DNA of 64,000 bases, from the NCBI RefSeq assembly GCF_964204645.1, contig NC_134029.1, positions 17,416,950 to 17,480,949 of the forward strand, read 5' to 3'. Shown piece after piece: positions 44,655-58,871 of the stretch (positions within the stretch are counted from its first letter, which is position 1; each line of letters opens with the position of its first letter). A program made the position numbers and the translations under genes. Under the pieces are notes generated by a model. That model saw only the letters and a list, made by a program, of their open reading frames with translations, did not search any database and was not told the DNA's origin. The stretch is from Tubulanus polymorphus (lineage: Eukaryota; Animalia; Nemertea).

Positions 44655-45006
44655 ATGTTTCGCCGAGCAATTAACTTCAGAATCCCGAATGCAGTCATTC
44701 AGTTTCGGACACTTCTATGTTTTAGTAATGAAAAAGGGCCTGTAAGAAACCATGACAACTCATTGTCAAAAAGAACCTTCCAAACTCAAGCGAGTTCTTA
44801 TTTATTAGAAGATATCAGTCCAGATGACCCAGTCGTCAACGATTTATTCAACGGTCTCACCGAAGGGAAACGAGCCTCTTTAGCGAGATCTATTACGTTA
44901 GTGGAATCGACCAATCCGCATAAAAAAGCTCAAGGACAAATGCTTTTAACTAAAGTTCTTAAGCGTCCAAGAACCAATCCAGACCTGAAAAACACGTTCA
45001 GAATAG
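44655..45006 (+). CDS. MMAA: MMAA coding exon 1
   Basis: MFRRAINF...[13 protein letters not shown]...FRIG. Confidence 0.93.
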
Positions 45007-48000
45007 GTATGCCTACTATAAAAAATACATGTATTTTTGCTACTATCAGTTAGCATTTGAAGTTTTTGCTATTGGTTTATGAAAAGATATGGACATTTCA
45101 TTAATTTTCCTTTTCGTTCAGGTCTTTCAGGCCCTCCTGGCGCTGGTAAAAGCACGTTCATTGAACGTTTTGGTAAATTCTTGACATCTCAAGGTCAAAA
45201 GGTTGCTGTTTTGGCTGTTGACCCATCGTCATCCACAACTGGAGGTGAGTTTTTAATCGGGTGCACTTGATCCGGTTTATGAAAATACATCAAAAAGATC
45301 GTTCTCTGAATTTTGATTTATCGTTATTATAATTCACTAGGTTCTTTATTGGGAGATAAAACTCGTATGCCTGAATTATCTTGCGACATGAATGCGTATA
45401 TCCGTCCCTCTCCAACTAGTGGTAACTTGGGTGGTGTAGCACGAAGTACAAACGAAGCCATCGTTTTATGTGAAGGTGCTGGCTATAATTATATTCTTGT
45501 GGAAACAGTTGGTAAGTTGAATTCAATAATTACAGTGCACTCTGCCTTAACCGGTTCCTGCCTGAAAATAAGATTTCCGTTTGCAACTGTTTTTTAATAC
45601 ATGAACATTGCCTAGTCCAGTATTGCTCTATTCGGTAATCTGCCTTATTGTCCAGTAAAATTTTGACTTCATTTCTGTTCATTCTGCACCAAAACCGTTA
45701 GACTTTAACGGCTCATCACCTAAAATACTGTACTTGACAATACTATCGATCCTCCATCTCTGTGACTATTGGTGATTCATATTAGGCACTATGTTACTAC
45801 TACTGTGCACTCGTGCCCTAAATTGGCCATAGGTTTCATTATGAAAGCGCATCATGAGTGAACCAAAACTGAGGAAAGTGTCGCGCAATTTGAAATGTCA
45901 AGTCTATTGAAAGACTTGGGTCTGGCATATTATCTAAGGAAGCAGACCCTTGGTGATTCGCTACTGTCTGACCATATGAAATAAATAAAGCCATTTGGCT
46001 GCCATTAGACTCGATAAACCCCTATTTTCATTCATCGATACTAGATACCAGATAAGCATAAAATGATATCGCTAAATCTAGCTATAGCAGGGAAAATCCA
46101 CAAAGATCAATAATACGCTGACGGAGTTCATCTACTGCAGTTCGATATGTCAGTAAAATCAAACCATCGCACTTGAGATTATCCGATACAACTTGAATTC
46201 TAAAGAGTAAATGGATATTGAACATTTGAACCATATAGAATAGCAATGACTTGTAAAAAAAATCCAAATTATTTGTAAAGCTTTTAAAAGTTTATTATAC
46301 ATAAATAAATGAATATGTATGGGCTTTATTGAAGGATATAATTGGTCACTAAATTGCAATACGATAAATCAAAATCCAATATATTCCGATCCTAAATCGG
46401 GCTTGACTGTATGTCTATGTCTGTGAAGATGTCTGACAGTAGTTTACTGTAGTGAATGAATCTGAATCTGAGTAGAAAACTGCGGCAGCCAGTGTTGATG
46501 TCTCGGGAGCTGTATGGGTATAGTAATATGGTAATTGCATCCAAAAAGTGGTTTCATATGAAAAATGTCTAAATTTCTTAATTTGTGTGGGTCTTCTTCA
46601 GTTTATGTGATCTCCAACATCTGAATTTCGATTGGTTTCTGAAATATTTCAGGCGTTGGTCAGTCAGAATACGCGGTAGCAGATATGGTTGATATGTTTT
46701 GTTTATTGATCCCACCTGCAGGGGGTGATGAATTACAAGGTAAGAAGTTATTTCTCAAGCTCTATTTTGACCGGTCAGGCATCATCCATCAGTTTTATTT
46801 CGATTCATTACTAGTGGCTTGTGACGGTTATCATTGGTTTTCTAGCTCGCGTCTAGTGAGCTTATGCAGTCGTTGACCTGACGATGTCATTAGCCGTATG
46901 CCTTTCAGCGCTGACTAATTGATTCCCAAAAGTGCTGGAGATAATTTGAAAATTTTCAGAATTCCACCCCAGTGTGTATACATGTACCACTATAATGCAC
47001 CGAGGGGCGGTGGATCGTTAGTTACTAATATTTCACTATGTTTTTCACATGGAACCTTTTTCGACATGAGTCTGCTTGCGACAGATTGATTGCAGACCGA
47101 TAGTAAGCTGAATCGTAACGATAGAACAAGTTCTATTGCCTACAGCTGATCTTAATGTAGCCAATCAGTGATGAGTATTGCATCACATGACTTCTAGACT
47201 CTGTGATGATTGTGTCGTAGTCGACCTGAGTGCTCTTAAGAACGTGAGACAAAATATTCGGCAATCGGCAGTCTCACGTGTTTACTACCGCTGTTCTTAC
47301 GACGATCTGATTCGACTGTAAATTGACTTGAGCATGGCTTTAGGATTCCTCTGAACTATAAAAAATGATCTAAAGCCTGCACTAAACAATTTATCGCTTG
47401 CAATTTTCTTAAGTCTAATAAACATATAGTGCGTGCTGATCGGGTGGTTTCGGGCAGGCTTTTGAATTCTGTGATATAGTCTTACGAAAATATTGCACCC
47501 AATGAAAATTTGTGTTTCCCGGTTTCATCATCTTCACCTGTCAAGGGATTCGAACCCACTAAAGCTAAAGTCGTTCCTCGAACCCCTTGACCTCACGAGT
47601 CGTTGGAGTTGTTACTAGCCGACCAGAATCCTGCCGTACCAATCACAGCGCTTGTAACAAGGGACATTAGGTTTCTGTTGGAATTTCGATTAATGGACCA
47701 ATCAGCGAACGTTTTACCGAACAAGGAAGTAATTCGCATATCGATATATGACGTCATGCGCAAAAGCGCGAGCAATGAAATCGCGCGTCGTGAGGCCAGG
47801 GGGCTGGTGGAAGTGAGTTCGGGGAGCGATACCGAACCCCTGGCAAGCGAGGATGGGTTTCATAGACTAAATACCTAACTCAGGTCGCACTAAGATCCGA
47901 CCCCGATTCATTGCGATTTGGTCATAAGTACACTCAGGTTGCATATGATCCGATCGTCATAAGAAATAGAACATGCCCGATCCTTACGATTGTGCTTATG

Positions 48001-51000
48001 ACCAGACTTAGCGATCTTTAGTACACTGATGTCGCAAAAATTGGCCGACTGGCTGCCGATTCCTAACGACCGACGATAAGGCTGGCTTATGTCGACAAGC
48101 GACGTGACACCTACTGACTCCTACCGACGCAACTCAGCAACCGCGATCGCAGCCAGCTCATTTCGACAGCGCTCCAATTCCAAGCAAATGAGGCCAATTA
48201 GCGGGATACGAGATCCTCCCAGTTGCTGCCCTGCTATGTCGGTTATGATTACTGGAAACTGCAATGGCTCAGATGGTTACGTGATTAGCATTCTGAGAAT
48301 AAATTCAAGTTACTTTGAATTATTGGGAAATTTAGTCCAGTTGAAAGCTATTTCTTTTAGATCTTAATCTTTCTGATTCGGTTTTGAATACAAGGTGCTA
48401 GCGACATCATATAAAGAGGGCCACTCACAAAGCAATTCTACCAATTTCGTTTCTAGATATTCGGTCCATTCATCTGCTGTGCTGAAGGTACTTGAATTTG
48501 AAAGATACTAATGATGCTAATTAGTGGTCAAAATTTGTACTTTGTATATTCGTTCTCTGATTGGCTGGAATTCCTGCACTCAGTTCAATCACGTCGCAGA
48601 TGAGCTTATGTCAGTTGGGATCGAAAGCAACTGTCCACCTACAATAGGTCAGAGTAGAACATGTGCAACTTGCTGGATACGGCTTGCGACGAGTCGGTAG
48701 GCGTCAGACCGCTGGTTGCCGCTAATCGGCGATAAACCCAGTTGCGTTGGTAGGCGGGTAGGCATCAAGTCGCTTGTCGACATAAGCCAGCCTTTAAGTA
48801 TCAAAATTACCCCTAGGAGTAAATCTTCGACCTGGTCCCAGTGTCATAGACTAAGGTATCAAAATTACCCCTAGGAGTAAATCCTTAATCTTGGTGACAA
48901 CCACCATAGTAACAATGAAATACCATGGTTTTAACTGGCAAATTTCAAAATGTTGTGAGTAATTATTTTGGTTCCGCATCTATGAAACTATGAAACCCAG
49001 CCCTGGGCCCGGTTACATAGACTGGTATCATAGTTATCCCTATGGGTAACTCCTAAATCTGGGTAACAACCAGCATAGTAACAATGAGAAACCATGGTTA
49101 TAACTGACAAATTTCAAAATGTTGCGAGTAATTATCTTGTTCCCGGTTCTATGAAACCGAGCCCTGATGTGTGAAACAATGCAGCCGTTTGTATCACCAC
49201 TGCAGCAGATTGCCAGCCGCCATGTCGATGTTGTTGTGGTCTAACTAAGCACCGATAAAAGTAGAAATTTATTGCATAGTGTGCACTGAATTATCGTGAG
49301 AAATGATATCATACTGAACAAACTACTATCGCTTATATTATATTGCATGCACAGCAAGCTTTTTATTTATATAAAAGAATGAAGTAATTAGTAATCAATA
49401 GGAAATTTTGAAATTCCATTTCATTTTCATTTTGAAACAAACAACGAAGAAACTGGAGAATACGCAAGGATGGGGCTTCGTTTGAACTGCCACGGTCAAA
49501 AAAGGGTTCACATTTTGCACGTTTCATTTTTCGCCACGCATGATTCACAAGGTCCCAAAAGAGAGGTCACAATTATCACCTAACATGTAGTAGTTGTATT
49601 GATTGAAAGGCTATTTTATGCTATGGAAACTTTATCTGAAGTCTAATGAGCCACCCAATAATTAGCTGGGGACAACCCTGTAAAAATTCAATAATTTGCA
49701 AGTTTTTTTATACGTCTAGTAAGAGGAAAAAGGAAAAACTCTGAAAAATTCCGCTTGTGTATAATAATATAAGTATAGCTACTACCAGGTATGAATAAAA
49801 ACAGGAACTTCATTCAAGCTTTTTCTTATTCAATATTACTTAACTATGCTCCGTGAGTGAAAAAATTTATTTAATTTTTCGATTTGGGATTTGATGTTAT
49901 GCGTATTTTGAGTGTCCCCTACAAACTCTCCACAACTGCTGGAACAAAACAGGTTGGGTTTGATTTTGAAATTGGAAATCGTAATCGATATATAGTTCAA
50001 TTTCGATGGTCAGTCTAATTTACACGATTGGACATTTTCGGTTCCCGTTCATGTATGTAAATGCTCATATCCATCCAGCCTCAATGGCCAAGCAACTGGT
50101 TAGGCAGAATTTTTGTTTGCTGCCTAATTTAATACATTGGGATTTTGAAATAGCTATAAGGTTTAAGCTCATATGTATTGTCCATTTGTATATTTTTTGT
50201 TGAGTTGTTTTCCGTGTGCAACCCTTTATATAAGATAAGATAGATGATTGGACGTTGGAATTCCATTCATTTATTTAGACTACTACTGATACCGATGATA
50301 TAGAAAGTGCAAGTGAATAATGTTATAATATTGGAAACTACACAATGAGTCACCACGAGGTTTATTACATTGAATCAAATGACGTCTTCGTTTCGATGCG
50401 GCACAAGGGTCTCAACGGGTTCTCTTTCGTTTTACAAAATCGAATTTGAAGAAATTGTTCGTGACTATAGCAAATCTCTAATCTGCAACAATATCAAACG
50501 AAATTCTGAAGTTATTTCTAAATCAAAGGATATGGACTCGTCGTAAAATCACATCAGGATAGTATAGTGTTGTGTTAGCTGTTTCTCCTGGGATCTTACA
50601 TGCTCTTCTTTCCTGAGCTTCAAAAAGAAATTAACTAGCTTTTATTTCACGATCCATCCAAACGACAATGGTGTCATTCTTGTTCATCCCAAAATCACGT
50701 GACACATATATTTATCGATTTAAACACAGCATCCCTTATTTTTACAAGAATAAATTTCACCAATAGTAGTCTGTATGGAAATAATTGCTTCACGTTCGGA
50801 TATTGATAAAAACGAATGGTGACTCGTTGAATTGTTCCCATACATGCCCTCTTGATGAAACTGGTATCGGGGAATTCCCTACACGAGCCAGACAGCTAGT
50901 ATATAAATTCAAGCCAATTCCTCGCTCGTCAGAAGTAGTGTTAATCGACTTGGCAACAGCACTGATATTTCGCTCTATTCCTCGTCTGAATTGTCACTTC

Positions 51001-54000
51001 TGGGTCTTTCTGATTGATTCTTGTTTGGTTGTTTCTCGGTGTTAGCTTTAATTTGTGGATAGTTTACGAAGTTCCTGCGTGCATTGTGTTTGTTTATTGT
51101 TAAGGGTGTAGCTGGTCTTATAGCCAGTCAAAATGAATCTGCCAGGGCCGACTGCGACTTTTCAGCTTCAGTTTAGAAAAGCTTTTTGTTTGATCAGTGG
51201 ACAAATTATTTCGTTCAACAAAATATTTTAGCTTTATTTGTTCGGGTTATGAGCCTAGTTCCATCCTTACAAAACACAAATACGCGGACGTAAGAACTAA
51301 GAAAAATGCTATAGTTTTCAAAGTCAATATCAAACCAACCAAAAAAGAAATTCCCTGTAGATGATTAAGTGGAATTTAGGATATTATTTGAATGCTTCTT
51401 TGTGCTGTTGCCAGTCGACCCTAACACTACTTCTACAAAAAAAAAAAACAAATGTATACACTTCGAACCTTTTTATGGGTCGGACATTCAGTAGGTTTAG
51501 TTGTTTAACCTTTGACCCCTATTTTGATGGGAATTCCCCCCTTCTTTCTGATTCCTTGTATCGGATCGGGGAAACCCGTCAATCAATCAATGCTGATTGA
51601 ATGAATGCACGTTGAGAAATACCTGGCGTAATGCTTGTTTTGCCTGGCGTGCCGTGAGATATTCCATTCATGTCCTGTTTCGTTTTTCATGGTTGGCCAG
51701 GTTGAAATCAGCGAAAAAAAACAAGATTAAATCAACAAGGTCAAAAGATAAAAACAGGTCAAATATAAGACATGTTGATAGTATTATATACTCGTGGTCT
51801 GGTTGTTGTCCGTGTTCAAGCGTCTACAGTTTAAATTTTTGTTGTCAGTTTTTAAAATTCATACATGAGATTGCACCTTTGTACAATCAGGGGTGGACCT
51901 ATAGGGCTGTTTTGTGGGGGGGCCCTGTTAGAGATTTATGTAAAGCACTCACAATGCGCTTAAATGTTGTGGGCGGAAAAAAAAAACCTGCTGCCATGTG
52001 CAAAATGGTGCGATTTCCTACAATTTAGAACTAATTTTAATACGTGGAAATGGGAATGGAAATGGAAATTAATTCAAGTATACACCACTCTAAAGCCTAG
52101 GCACGGCAGTATTCGAGATAATGCAGAGTTAAAAAAAGAAAATGTTCAAAACTCTAGGGGGAAAGGCCCTGGTTCCTTGGGCTCCAACCTAGATCCGCCA
52201 CTGTACAATAATATTAAAGGGGACTGCATAGATCTGGTAGGTCGCTGCGCAGGTAGCGCTTGGGCCGGGTTACCACTCTGCGCGACGCTGGCAGTCGGTG
52301 ATCAGGCGGTCGCTGCGACTGATGGCTAATCGCTGGCACTGGCGATCGCAGCCAATCACTCAAAATCCTACTATAGCGGAATACAATCAGTTTTAAGAAG
52401 CCAATCGGAGATCATTGGGTAGCTGCAGATATCAGCAGAAGTTCATGTGAGCGCCAACAGTATATTCTGCTTTCCGTCAAAAATCCCAAAATTTCACCAA
52501 AACGTTTTAGTGGAGTTTTTACGTATTCATATTCCATGGATATTGTGTATCTTCTCGACCTATATTCTACTATTTTACTTCCGGGTTTATTTTGTGATAA
52601 AAGATGGTATTTTCTGTGAAATTTTAAGTTGATTCAGTTTGTGGGACGACTGTTTATTTGTACAACGGAAAATTTATCTTCGACAATATTGGGCAAGGGT
52701 TGGATAGAATAGCCTACACCATAGGCATGAATTACTGTTACATACTAATTAGCCATGCGTCGGATTGCAGATTTTACTTAGCAAGATAAACGTCAAATCA
52801 TGTTTTATTCTGCAAAAACTCATCACAGTTGAGAAATAAATTGTTTCTTTCAACAGCCTATCAGTGTCACATATAACCCACAAATTGGATCGTCTCTTGT
52901 AAAGTGAATACTACAGGCTGGCTGCTTTGCCTCCTGGAGCACTTGTTGGAATTTAATTCATGGTCCAGGGACAATGGTTCGGACTAACTGACATTCAGTT
53001 TAGCCATCGACTCTAAAACGATTTAGAGTCCATGGTTTAGCTTATATTCATATTTTATTGCCCACAAAAGATAACTTGCATAGAGCAAAAAGTACAAATA
53101 CATAAAATTGATTTAACAAAGTGGCAAAGAAAACAATAGATCTGAAAATGTTTTAAGCTCTTCTGACAATAAAGAACTTGTGACAAGTCGATACAAGTTT
53201 TTGCGTTAGAATTTGTAAGTTGGTAAATTTTTAAATGGCCTGATCTATTTCTGTATAAAGGTTTTTTAATACGCCGCACGCAGGTCATTGAAAAGGACAG
53301 GTTAACAAAAAATGGTATTTTGGTCCCAAAATGCTTCTCTCTTGCATCTCTCTTCTTGTGGTGTACGGTCGTAATGACACACTTTGATCAGTAACACAAG
53401 ATTTGAACAGCGGAATCGGTAAAATGAAATCTGCAAGTCAGTTTGTAAGTCTGTGAGATACTTTTCAGAACCCCAAGTTGTTTTGAAGAACTTGTAAGTA
53501 TCAGCAACTCGAGTTTGATTACATAAAGCTTGCCATGTTTGTATATATTTTCCTTTTAGCCGGAGGGAGAGAATATGCACTAAATAGTCTGGACTAAATA
53601 GTCTGGGCTTTGGGAGTTTTCATCTAGCCAAAACTCTCCAAGCAGTTCTTTGCTAAGTCCATGAATAGTTAGTGAAACCCAATTTAACCAAAGTTTACCA
53701 TGACTACGCAACCGTTTGTCGTCAGGAGTATGCTGGCGACGTTTAATTGCGGCCGGAGATTGGAAACAGTTGAGAGATATCCTGACATACTAGACGTATC
53801 GGCCCCACTCCGCGCGGTTCCGCCACCGTGCGGGATTTTCGCGAAGCAGCAAACACAAACATGGCCACTCTCTCAATTTTCAATGATAGAAATCGTGTGT
53901 GCATTTCAATCATTTCGGCTGTTAGGGTTTTAAGGCACAATATAAGTTGATGATGTGATATGGCGATGTTAATTAATGATAATTCCGCAGTGAAGCTAGT

Positions 54001-57000
54001 CACGAACGGTGCCGATTGAGTGTACAGCTGCCAAAAACACTGAAATGTGCGTAGTTGCGTAACTATTTGCAGTGAATTGCAGACGAAACATGAAGCCTTA
54101 ACGGCCGTTTAAAAAAAATTATACCAATCGCAATTGTAAAATAAAAATGAGATAGAACCTAAGTTAAAATTATGGCCATTTCTAAAATGTTATTACTAAT
54201 TTTTAGTCAGTGCCGAACGTTTAGTTTTCCAACAATAATGAGGGGTGGTAGGTAGTCATGCAATTCAAGTCATCATTTATTACACGTTACTTCCGTGTTG
54301 TTGAAAATCTCGCGAGTCCTGGACCAAACCCCATTGAACAATGTGATCTGTGTGCTGGCCACAAATGCACACAGATCACACTACACTACCCATTACAAAC
54401 TCCAGTACCCACAGCTTTCATATATCCATCCAAATATTTAGAGTGTCTTTCTTCTTGGGTATATTTCTGCACCGTTCTAAGCTGACAAGGAACAATCCCT
54501 TATAGTGAGATAGCGGATCCCTAATAGTGAGATAAAGAATTTCTGATAGTGAGAGCGGATCCCTGAATGAGATAATGGATCCCTTAGAGTGAGATAACGC
54601 TTAGAGTGAGATATCGCATCCTGATAGTGAGATAATGGATCCCTCATAGTGAGATAATAGATCCCTGAGTGAGATAACGGATCCATAAGTGAGATAATGG
54701 AACCCTGAAGGAGATAACGCATCTCTCATAGTGGGATAACGGATTCCTGATAGTGAGAAAATGGATCCCTGTTAGTGAGATGATAGATCCCTGAGTGAAA
54801 TAATGGATCTCTAATAGTGAGATAACGGATCTCTGATAGTGGGATAACGAGTCCCTGATAGTGAGATAACAGATCTATGATACTTAGATAACGGACCCCT
54901 GATAGTGGGATAACGGATTCCTGATAGTGAGATAATGGATCCCTGATGGTGAGATAATAGATCCCTGAGTGAGATAACGGATCTCTCATGGTGGGATAAA
55001 GGATTCCTGATAGTGAGATAGCGGATCCCTGAATGAAATAATGGATCTCTAATAGTGAGATAATGGATTGCTAAAACTGAGATAACGAGTCCCTGATAGT
55101 GAGATAACAGATCTATGATACTAAGATAACGGACCCCTGATAGTGGGATAACGGATTCCTGATAGTGAGACAATGGATCCCTGATAGTGAGATGATAGAT
55201 CCCTGAGTGAGATAACGGATCCCTAAGTGAGATTATGGATGCCTAAAGGAGATAACGGATCTCTCATAGTGGGATAATGGACCCCTGATAGTGAGATAAT
55301 GGATCCTGTTAGTGAGATAATGGATCCCAAGTGAGATAACGGATCCCTGATAGTGAGATAACAGAACCATGATATTGAGGTAATGGATCCCGGATTGTGA
55401 GATAACAGATCCCTGATAGTGAGATAATGGATCCCTGAGTGAGATAATGGATCCCTGAGTGAAATAACGGATCTCTAATAACTGCGTTCACACTAGGATT
55501 TCAGTGTGGTAATAAGCATTCACACAATGAAATTATTCGAGGCCTATTTGCGGCTTATTTGATTCAGATTTTTAACTGAAATACGCGGCTTATGAAGCGC
55601 GGAAAGTGATTCCGTGCCGAAAACCCAATCTCAGTATGGAACTGAGCTGGCCGCGTATTTTCTGTAGTGTGAGCATAGATTCAGCGCCTAGCTGCTGCAT
55701 ATTTACATCCTCGTAGTATGCTACATACGACACTAATTACAATCCCCTCATCGGCACACCGGATGACAGCCATACTGGGCTTTCCAAGTGCAAAATTGCC
55801 GACTCGTCATGTGAACGGAACTGGCTGCATAAGCGTGGTATTTTGGTGAATTCGGCACCAGCAAAGTACGGTACTTCATAAGTGCCGGATCTATATTGAG
55901 ATAACGGATCCCTGATAGTGTGATAATCGATCCCTGATAGTGTGATAATCGATCCCTGATAGTGTGATAATGGATCCCCGATAGTAGGATAACGAATCTC
56001 TAATAGTGAGATAACGGATCTGTAAAAGTGAGATAACAGATGATTGTAAATTCATTCATCGATAATCTATTATTCAAGCGAAAATGAATACATGTACGCA
56101 CATGACGTATGTTGCCTTTGTAAACTGTTCAAACGTTTTTTTAGGATAATACTTTTATCAACATCAGCTACATTTGTAGAAGGTTTATAGACACTTCAAT
56201 ATTAACTGACTTAGACGATGTTTTGTTTTCTTGTTAGGTATAAAGAAGGGTATAGTCGAGATGGCTGATGTAATAGTTATCAATAAATCGGATGGTGATT
56301 TGATGCCTGCGGCGAGAAGAATACAGACGGAATACTCAAGTGCTTTACGTTTATTACGATTAAGATCTAAAACCTGGCGACCCAAGGTACGTTTCTCTTT
56401 CATATTGCGGGGATAGAAACAAGACAAAAGTTGATCTGGGGGTCTTCCATACGATCTTCAAAATTTTGCCCCATGTATGTATTCAAAGGCACTTTTATGT
56501 CAAAAAGGGCACGATGTTGGTGTAAAAATGTGGAAAAGGGCATGAAGACAGAATTTTGTCGAAAAGTCTGTATATTGGTATTTTCCAGTCCCAAGGACTG
56601 CATGAATGCCTTTATAAAAAATTTCATAGGCCAGGGACCATCCATTTAGAACGTGCGCATGATAGGGAGGGGGTCTGTGAAAATGCATACAAATCCGTAC
56701 AGGGGAGGTAGCCGAGGGGGGTACGTAGCTCTAATGATCATTACTCACCTAATAATCATTTCTGCACTCTATTGACCGTTCGTTCTGCATTCAAGTTAAA
56801 AAATGAAGTGAGTTTTAAGGACCTTAGGTTCTCTAAAACATCCTTAATAATTTTGTAATAATGACTGTGACATCGAGGATGATTTTATTTGCACTATTTT
56901 CTCATAAATACTAGGTACTATAGACGCCGCCTATCCGCTGAAAGGCGGCGGCGGCGTTTGGGATAAAGTGAAGAAAAGTTCAGCTGTGTACAGGAGGGGG

Positions 57001-58354
57001 TTGGGTCAAAAAACGGCTGATTTTTGCATATGTACTGATCATGGATGGTCCCCCAGTCATAATTGATACCTAGTTTCTCATCAGTTCTAAAAACTACATG
57101 AGTGTCACTTGAAATGAAAAAAAGGAAGTGCTCCCATATCCCTCAAGAAATATTGCATGTCTTTTTATGCAAACTTAAATCCGCATGCGTGCTTCATACT
57201 CAAGCATTTCACCGTTGTATTAAAGTTTTGTCTGCCCGTGTACATTTTAAAGTTTTTTTTGTTGACATAGGTCATAGAGCCGCTAGTGCGAATAGCAATT
57301 GAATTTTTGAATAAAAAAACTGTTAGCAAACAGTTGTCCGGTCTTATAAATTTGGTGCTGGCATCTCTAAATCCTACAGCCCTTGTACGATGCATGGAAA
57401 TAGTTTTATTTCGAAAATGAAAATCAAGTTTTTATTTTGCCTCATCTGGTGTTTATCGTATCTTTTTTTAAGGTGATAAACATAAATTTCACCTGCCCTC
57501 GTCATATTGTGAAGAAGTTTAGGATAAGAAACTAAGGTTCATATTTTAGTGGCCTTGCACCCACAAATCTTGCTGCAAGATCTGGCAATGCAATAGTGCA
57601 AGCAGGTTGGCCACTGACCTGGAAAATTCAGGGAATCAGAAAAAACTGAGGGAATTCGATAAATTTTGCCAAAAACCTCAGGCAATTCAGATGATGCTAA
57701 TTGACCACAGTTTTTTTCATCGATACGCGATTCATGAAAAAAGTGAATAAATTGAAACATTTTAAACCACCAAAGTTCTCCGATTCACTGCGGGAATTTT
57801 GTGTTATAACATGGAAAAATCAGGGAAAACTGAGGAAATCTGTAAATGTAGAAGGTGACCACCCTGGCAAGGTCAGCGGTCAACCTGATGAATGTTTCTA
57901 TGTCAGCATCAATGTTTTAATTTCTCAGGCAATTTTTAGAGATTTCCAGAAAAAAAGAATTTTTGGTCAAGATACTTTATGGCGAATAATATTATTTCCT
58001 AATACATGTAGTTCTGCCGATTCTTGGTAAGGGCACCATTCAATTTGCTCACGTCTCTTGTAGGTGACTCGGATCTCGTCAAAAACCGGAGACGGAATAA
58101 CACAGCTGTGGGATATCATGGAAGATTACCTGGAGGTGATGACGACAAGCGGTGAACTGGTGCATAAACGCGAGAAACAACGGACTATTTGGATGTGGAA
58201 CCAAATCAAAGACAATATACTTCACTTGTTTCAACAGCACCCGGCCGTCAGAGCGAAATATTCTAGTCTAGAAGAGAAAGTTCTTTCGGGGGTCATCACA
58301 CCGGGCTTCGCTGCGGACGTGTTATTGAAAGAATTCAGCCGAGTAGAAAGCTAG
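44655..58354 (+). CDS. MMAA: Methylmalonic aciduria type A protein, mitochondrial (MeaB-family GTPase), 6 coding exons, 390 aa
   Basis: join(44655..45006,45122..45244,45341..45511,46653..46739,56238..56386,58064..58354) = 1173 nt, all GT-AG. Motifs [11 protein letters not shown]-loop [49 protein letters not shown]. Basic N-terminus resembles a mitochondrial presequence. Confidence 0.97.
45122..45244 (+). CDS. MMAA: MMAA coding exon 2 (P-loop)
   Basis: [14 protein letters not shown]...[11 protein letters not shown]. Confidence 0.96.
45341..45511 (+). CDS. MMAA: MMAA coding exon 3
   Basis: SLLGDKTRM...ILVETV. Confidence 0.96.
46653..46739 (+). CDS. MMAA: MMAA coding exon 4
   Basis: [14 protein letters not shown]...GGDELQ. 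Confidence 0.96.
48078..48793. mobile_element. PIF/Harbinger-like non-autonomous element, copy 2
   Basis: Same TIR and internal sequence as 21587-22357. Confidence 0.78.
48836..49165. mobile_element. Two tandem ~160-bp MITE copies
   Basis: GGGCCCGGTTACATAG ... CTATGAAACCGAGCCC at about 49005-49164, preceded by a diverged copy. Confidence 0.55.
53200..53560 (-). mobile_element. LINE ORF2 C-terminal fragment (L2/CR1-group-like)
   Basis: [15 protein letters not shown]...[15 protein letters not shown]...PQEERC matches the Y..FK....E.YL...RFR.SNH.L.IE.GR...EER.C tail of non-LTR RT proteins. Confidence 0.6.
53790..54440 (-). mobile_element. Non-autonomous Helitron-like repeat, copy 2
   Basis: Near-identical to 8997-9660. 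Minus strand ends CGCACGGT-ggcgga-ACCGCGCG hairpin ... CTAG|T. Confidence 0.65.
54497..56040. repeat. ~19-21-bp minisatellite interrupted by a ~410-bp insertion
   Basis: Units GATCCCTGATAGTGAGATAA(C/T)G at about 54497-55480 and 55895-56040, with unrelated sequence starting ACTGCGTTCACACTAG between them. Confidence 0.9.
56238..56386 (+). CDS. MMAA: MMAA coding exon 5
   Basis: [22 protein letters not shown]...WRPK. Confidence 0.96.
58064..58354 (+). CDS. MMAA: MMAA coding exon 6
   Basis: [16 protein letters not shown]...WMW...[11 protein letters not shown] then stop. Confidence 0.95.
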   Translation: MTRISSKTGDGITQLWDIMEDYLEVMTTSGELVHKREKQRTIWMWNQIKDNILHLFQQHPAVRAKYSSLEEKVLSGVITPGFAADVLLKEFSRVES

Positions 58355-58871
58355 TAGATAATCACCGAGAACTCATTTTGATAAAGAATATGATCTGTTT
58401 TAAAACGTCGTTTATTTCTAATGCAGTCTAAAAAATAAATTCAAAATCATTATTTTGACAATATGCTTAAGGTGGAATGCCTTCCAAATGAATCATGGCC
58501 AAACACACGAAACAAAGGTGCCAGCTTCTCAAACTCGGGCCTTTCTAATTTTTTCTGGCTTGTTTAGAAAATGATGAGTAACAAAGAATTCAGTTTTTCC
58601 CTAAATGAGTAATATTACTTGCCCTGACAGCTAATCATTATATTGTTTTAGATGAAGTAGTATTGCTGATAAAGAGCTTTAATTAGAATCATCGATCAGG
58701 TTTTTAATGTAATGCGTAGATAATTATTATGACAGTTTTGCTTGCATAAAGCTTGAGATTTTTGAAGAAAAAAATATAGTCTATTTATTATTCAAAATGA
58801 ATGAATTTTTTTGTTTCGTCGGAGGTTTGATGATCGATGTCTTACAGTCGTTTCCTCTTTCTCTAAGCGTT

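Noticed and set aside
47540-47560. tRNA T-loop-like GGGTTCGAATCCC on the minus strand
   Set aside because: No D-arm or acceptor stem; at most a SINE remnant.
50880-51000. Possible hammerhead ribozyme cores (minus CTGACGAG..., CAGACGAG...CGAAA)
   Set aside because: No intact CUGANGA-stemII-GAAA core with supporting stems could be built by eye. An Infernal search would be needed.
54477-55491. Repetitive minus-strand ORFs
   Set aside because: Minisatellite translation.
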